64,000 nt of DNA from Eledone cirrhosa. Its lineage: Eukaryota. Shown piece by piece: positions 63,785 to 64,000 of this stretch (positions are counted from its first letter, which is position 1; each line of letters starts with the position of its first letter). Location of the stretch: NCBI GenBank assembly GCA_964016885.1, contig OZ024742.1, positions 190,030,001-190,094,000 of the forward strand, in the 5' to 3' direction. A program made the translations under genes and the position numbers. The notes under the pieces were generated by a model that saw only the letters and a program-made list of their open reading frames with translations, ran no database searches and was not told the origin of the DNA.

Positions 63785-64000
63785 ATCTACCTATCTATCT
63801 ACATAAGCAACTCCAAACAAATGTTGACCGATGCAAAACAATTCATAACCTTTGAAGAAAAGGGTGGGTTTCATATAAACTCACCTTTGCAAATTAAACG
63901 AGAAACAGTTCGAAGGACAGTAACCTTCAGAACTGTTTCAAATCAAACGAAAAATCCGGTATTCCTCAGTCAAGGGGAAATTGAAACCACCTTGAAAGAG

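Noticed and set aside
63879-64000. Minus-strand exon ending in AAG|GTGAGT, or a hammerhead (CUGAGGA..GAAAC)
   Set aside because: Stops in all frames, truncated by the window edge, and the stems do not pair convincingly; could be a UTR exon but cannot be supported.

Overview
AT-rich, repeat-dense eukaryotic DNA, most likely from an octopod cephalopod (inferred from the SINE/RTE repeat content and the long (TA)n tracts). Two protein-coding genes can be reconstructed by hand, and they lie head-to-head with ATGs about 0.6 kb apart. RPL35 is on the minus strand with 4 coding exons (14107-19836, 123 aa) and a TCT/5'TOP start. ARPC5/ARPC5L is on the plus strand with 4 coding exons (20432-45897, 148 aa). 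Its first intron is a 13-kb U12-type intron, and its third intron holds a ~6.7-kb 21-bp CTAG-rich tandem array, which is the source of the spurious 958-aa 'LASLEAS' ORF. The rest is mobile DNA: many copies of a tRNA-derived SINE (two locally tandem-amplified), RTE-clade LINE fragments, CRE-like, HERO-like and R4/Dong-like retrotransposon remnants, and hAT, piggyBac-type and Tc1/mariner-type MITEs. There is also a ~1.5-kb inverted duplication, and a set of fold-back elements embedded in (TA)n that carry minimal-hammerhead-like motifs (probable Penelope-like pLTR remnants). All family assignments come from motif recognition without database searches.
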